Positions 62,897-64,000 of a stretch of 64,000 nt of DNA are shown here, piece after piece (the stretch's first letter is position 1; the number at the start of each line of letters is the position of its first letter). Where the stretch lies: positions 3,173 to 67,172 of the IMG/VR virus record IMGVR_UViG_3300045454_000119, one strand, 5' to 3'. The stretch comes from a virus. Made by a program: the position numbers and the translations under genes. The notes beneath the pieces are model-generated. The model made no database searches, was not told where the DNA came from, and saw nothing but the letters and a program-made list of their open reading frames with translations.

Positions 62897-64000
62897 CTAG
62901 GAGACGACCTTCTCGGCCGCCTCCAGCATCGCCGCCTTCCGCTTCGACAGGTGGTCGTAGTGCCGGGAGATGGTCACCGGCGAGTTGCCCACCAGCTCGG
63001 CGATCACGTTCGCGCTCAGCCCCTTCTCCAGCCCGTCGTTGATCACCTTGTGCCGGACGGCGTAGACCGTCCCCCTCGGGATGCCGAGCTTCCGGGTGGC
63101 GTGGTGCAGCCGCCGGGTGGCGTCGTGCGAGGTCCACAGGCCCCCCAGCGAGTTGCGGAACAGCGGCCCGGTCGGGTGCCTCTCGGCCAGCCGCTCGAGC
63201 ATCGCCACCAGCTCGGGCACGAGGTAGATGGTGCGGGTCTTCCCCTTCTTCTCGTTCTTGTGCTCGCCGAACGTGACGGTCCGCCCGGCCCAGTCCACCA
63301 CCCCCGGCCGGGGCGGCTTCCCGTCCCCGGGGCGGGGCCTCTTCGGCTTGATCCGGCGGGTCGCCCGGATGGCCGCCACCGCCTCGTCCCACCCGTCGGC
63401 CGTGGCGGCGAGCAGGGCCAGCTCGGAGAACGGCCGGGCCCCGGTCAGCTCCAGGGCCCGGAGGAAGTCGGCGAAGTCGGGCTTCACGAACCCGACGATC
63501 TTCCGCATCTCCTCCGCGGTGAACACCCGCTCCCGCCGCTTGTGGCTGCCGCGCTTCAGCTTCCCGAGCGGGTGGCGGTCGATGTACCCCTGCTCGACGG
63601 CCCAGTTCAGGACCGCCAGCACGGTGCCCCGGGCCGAGCAGGCGGTGCTCTCGCCCCAGCCGGTGGCCGTGATCCACTCGCCGACGTGGTGCACCTTGAG
63701 GTCCCTCACCCGCTTCCTGCCGATCCGGTCGAGGAAGCTCTGGAGGTAGACCTTGTGCATCCGGGAGGTGGTCGGCTTGTTGACCCGGAGCGAGTTGTCG
63801 AGGAACTTGTCGGCGAGCTTCCGGAAGGTGGGGGAGGCCAGGGCCGTCGGCGGCTCGTCCGGCTCCTCCCTCGCCATCAGTTCGTGGTAGAGCCGTTCGG
63901 CCTCCCGCTCGTCCTTCGACAGCTTCTTCTGCTCCCGCCGGACCGTGGTGTAGTAGTACCCGTCCTGCTCCCGGAACCAGACGCTCGACTTCCTCGGCAT
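62897..64000 (-). CDS. int: Tyrosine recombinase / integrase
   Basis: 'TGARP.SEL', 'HKN', 'YAVRH', 'LVGN', 'HYDH'; arm-binding-like N-terminus. Confidence 0.92.
   Translation of the reverse strand: MPRKSSVWFREQDGYYYTTVRREQKKLSKDEREAERLYHELMAREEPDEPPTALASPTFRKLADKFLDNSLRVNKPTTSRMHKVYLQSFLDRIGRKRVRDLKVHHVGEWITATGWGESTACSARGTVLAVLNWAVEQGYIDRHPLGKLKRGSHKRRERVFTAEEMRKIVGFVKPDFADFLRALELTGARPFSELALLAATADGWDEAVAAIRATRRIKPKRPRPGDGKPPRPGVVDWAGRTVTFGEHKNEKKGKTRTIYLVPELVAMLERLAERHPTGPLFRNSLGGLWTSHDATRRLHHATRKLGIPRGTVYAVRHKVINDGLEKGLSANVIAELVGNSPVTISRHYDHLSKRKAAMLEAAEKVVS

Larger units (their letters stand above)
55300..64000. mobile_element. Integrative-mobilisable module (relaxase-like, T4CP, Xis, Int)
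   Basis: Gene content; no mating-pair-formation genes in the window. Confidence 0.7.

Noticed and set aside
1-64000. tRNA, tmRNA or rRNA genes
   Set aside because: No cloverleaf or rRNA signature recognised by eye; tRNAscan-SE/ARAGORN not run.

Overview
High-GC window, probably from a planctomycete (Gemmataceae-like), inferred from the 'LRVEGLEDRVVP' planctomycete export signal on the first gene. It has three parts. (1) 1-5669: a giant secreted FG-GAP + RHS/YD-repeat protein on the minus strand that runs off the left edge and is missing from the ORF track. (2) ~5.9-55.3 kb: an apparently complete HK97-type siphovirus prophage. It has an early/accessory arm (DUF932, YubB-like, DnaJ, secreted metzincin, HNH), a replication module (SF2 helicase, DUF669 SSB, AAA_24, Prim-Pol/PriCT-2/DUF3987) with an iteron-rich origin, and HNH-TerS-TerL, portal, protease and capsid genes. 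The tail has a -1 frameshift chaperone, tape measure, tail tip, two tail fibres and a multi-part fibre cassette, followed by a GH24 lysis module. (3) 55.3-64 kb: a mobilisation/integration module (DUF932, XRE regulator, MobC-like RHH, degenerate MOBF/TrwC-like relaxase with a poly-Q linker, type IV coupling ATPase, Xis, tyrosine integrase). No integrase or CI-type repressor was recognised inside the phage part. The most notable unexplained signals are a ~760-nt ornately structured region after the lysis genes (53145-53915, candidate giant ncRNA), a second promoter-linked structured RNA at 24337-24730, a recurring AAGNNGTTGACTC promoter/operator motif spanning the phage and mob modules, and the possible phage-mobilisable-element hybrid. 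All family calls are from motif recognition by eye; no searches or folding programs were run.
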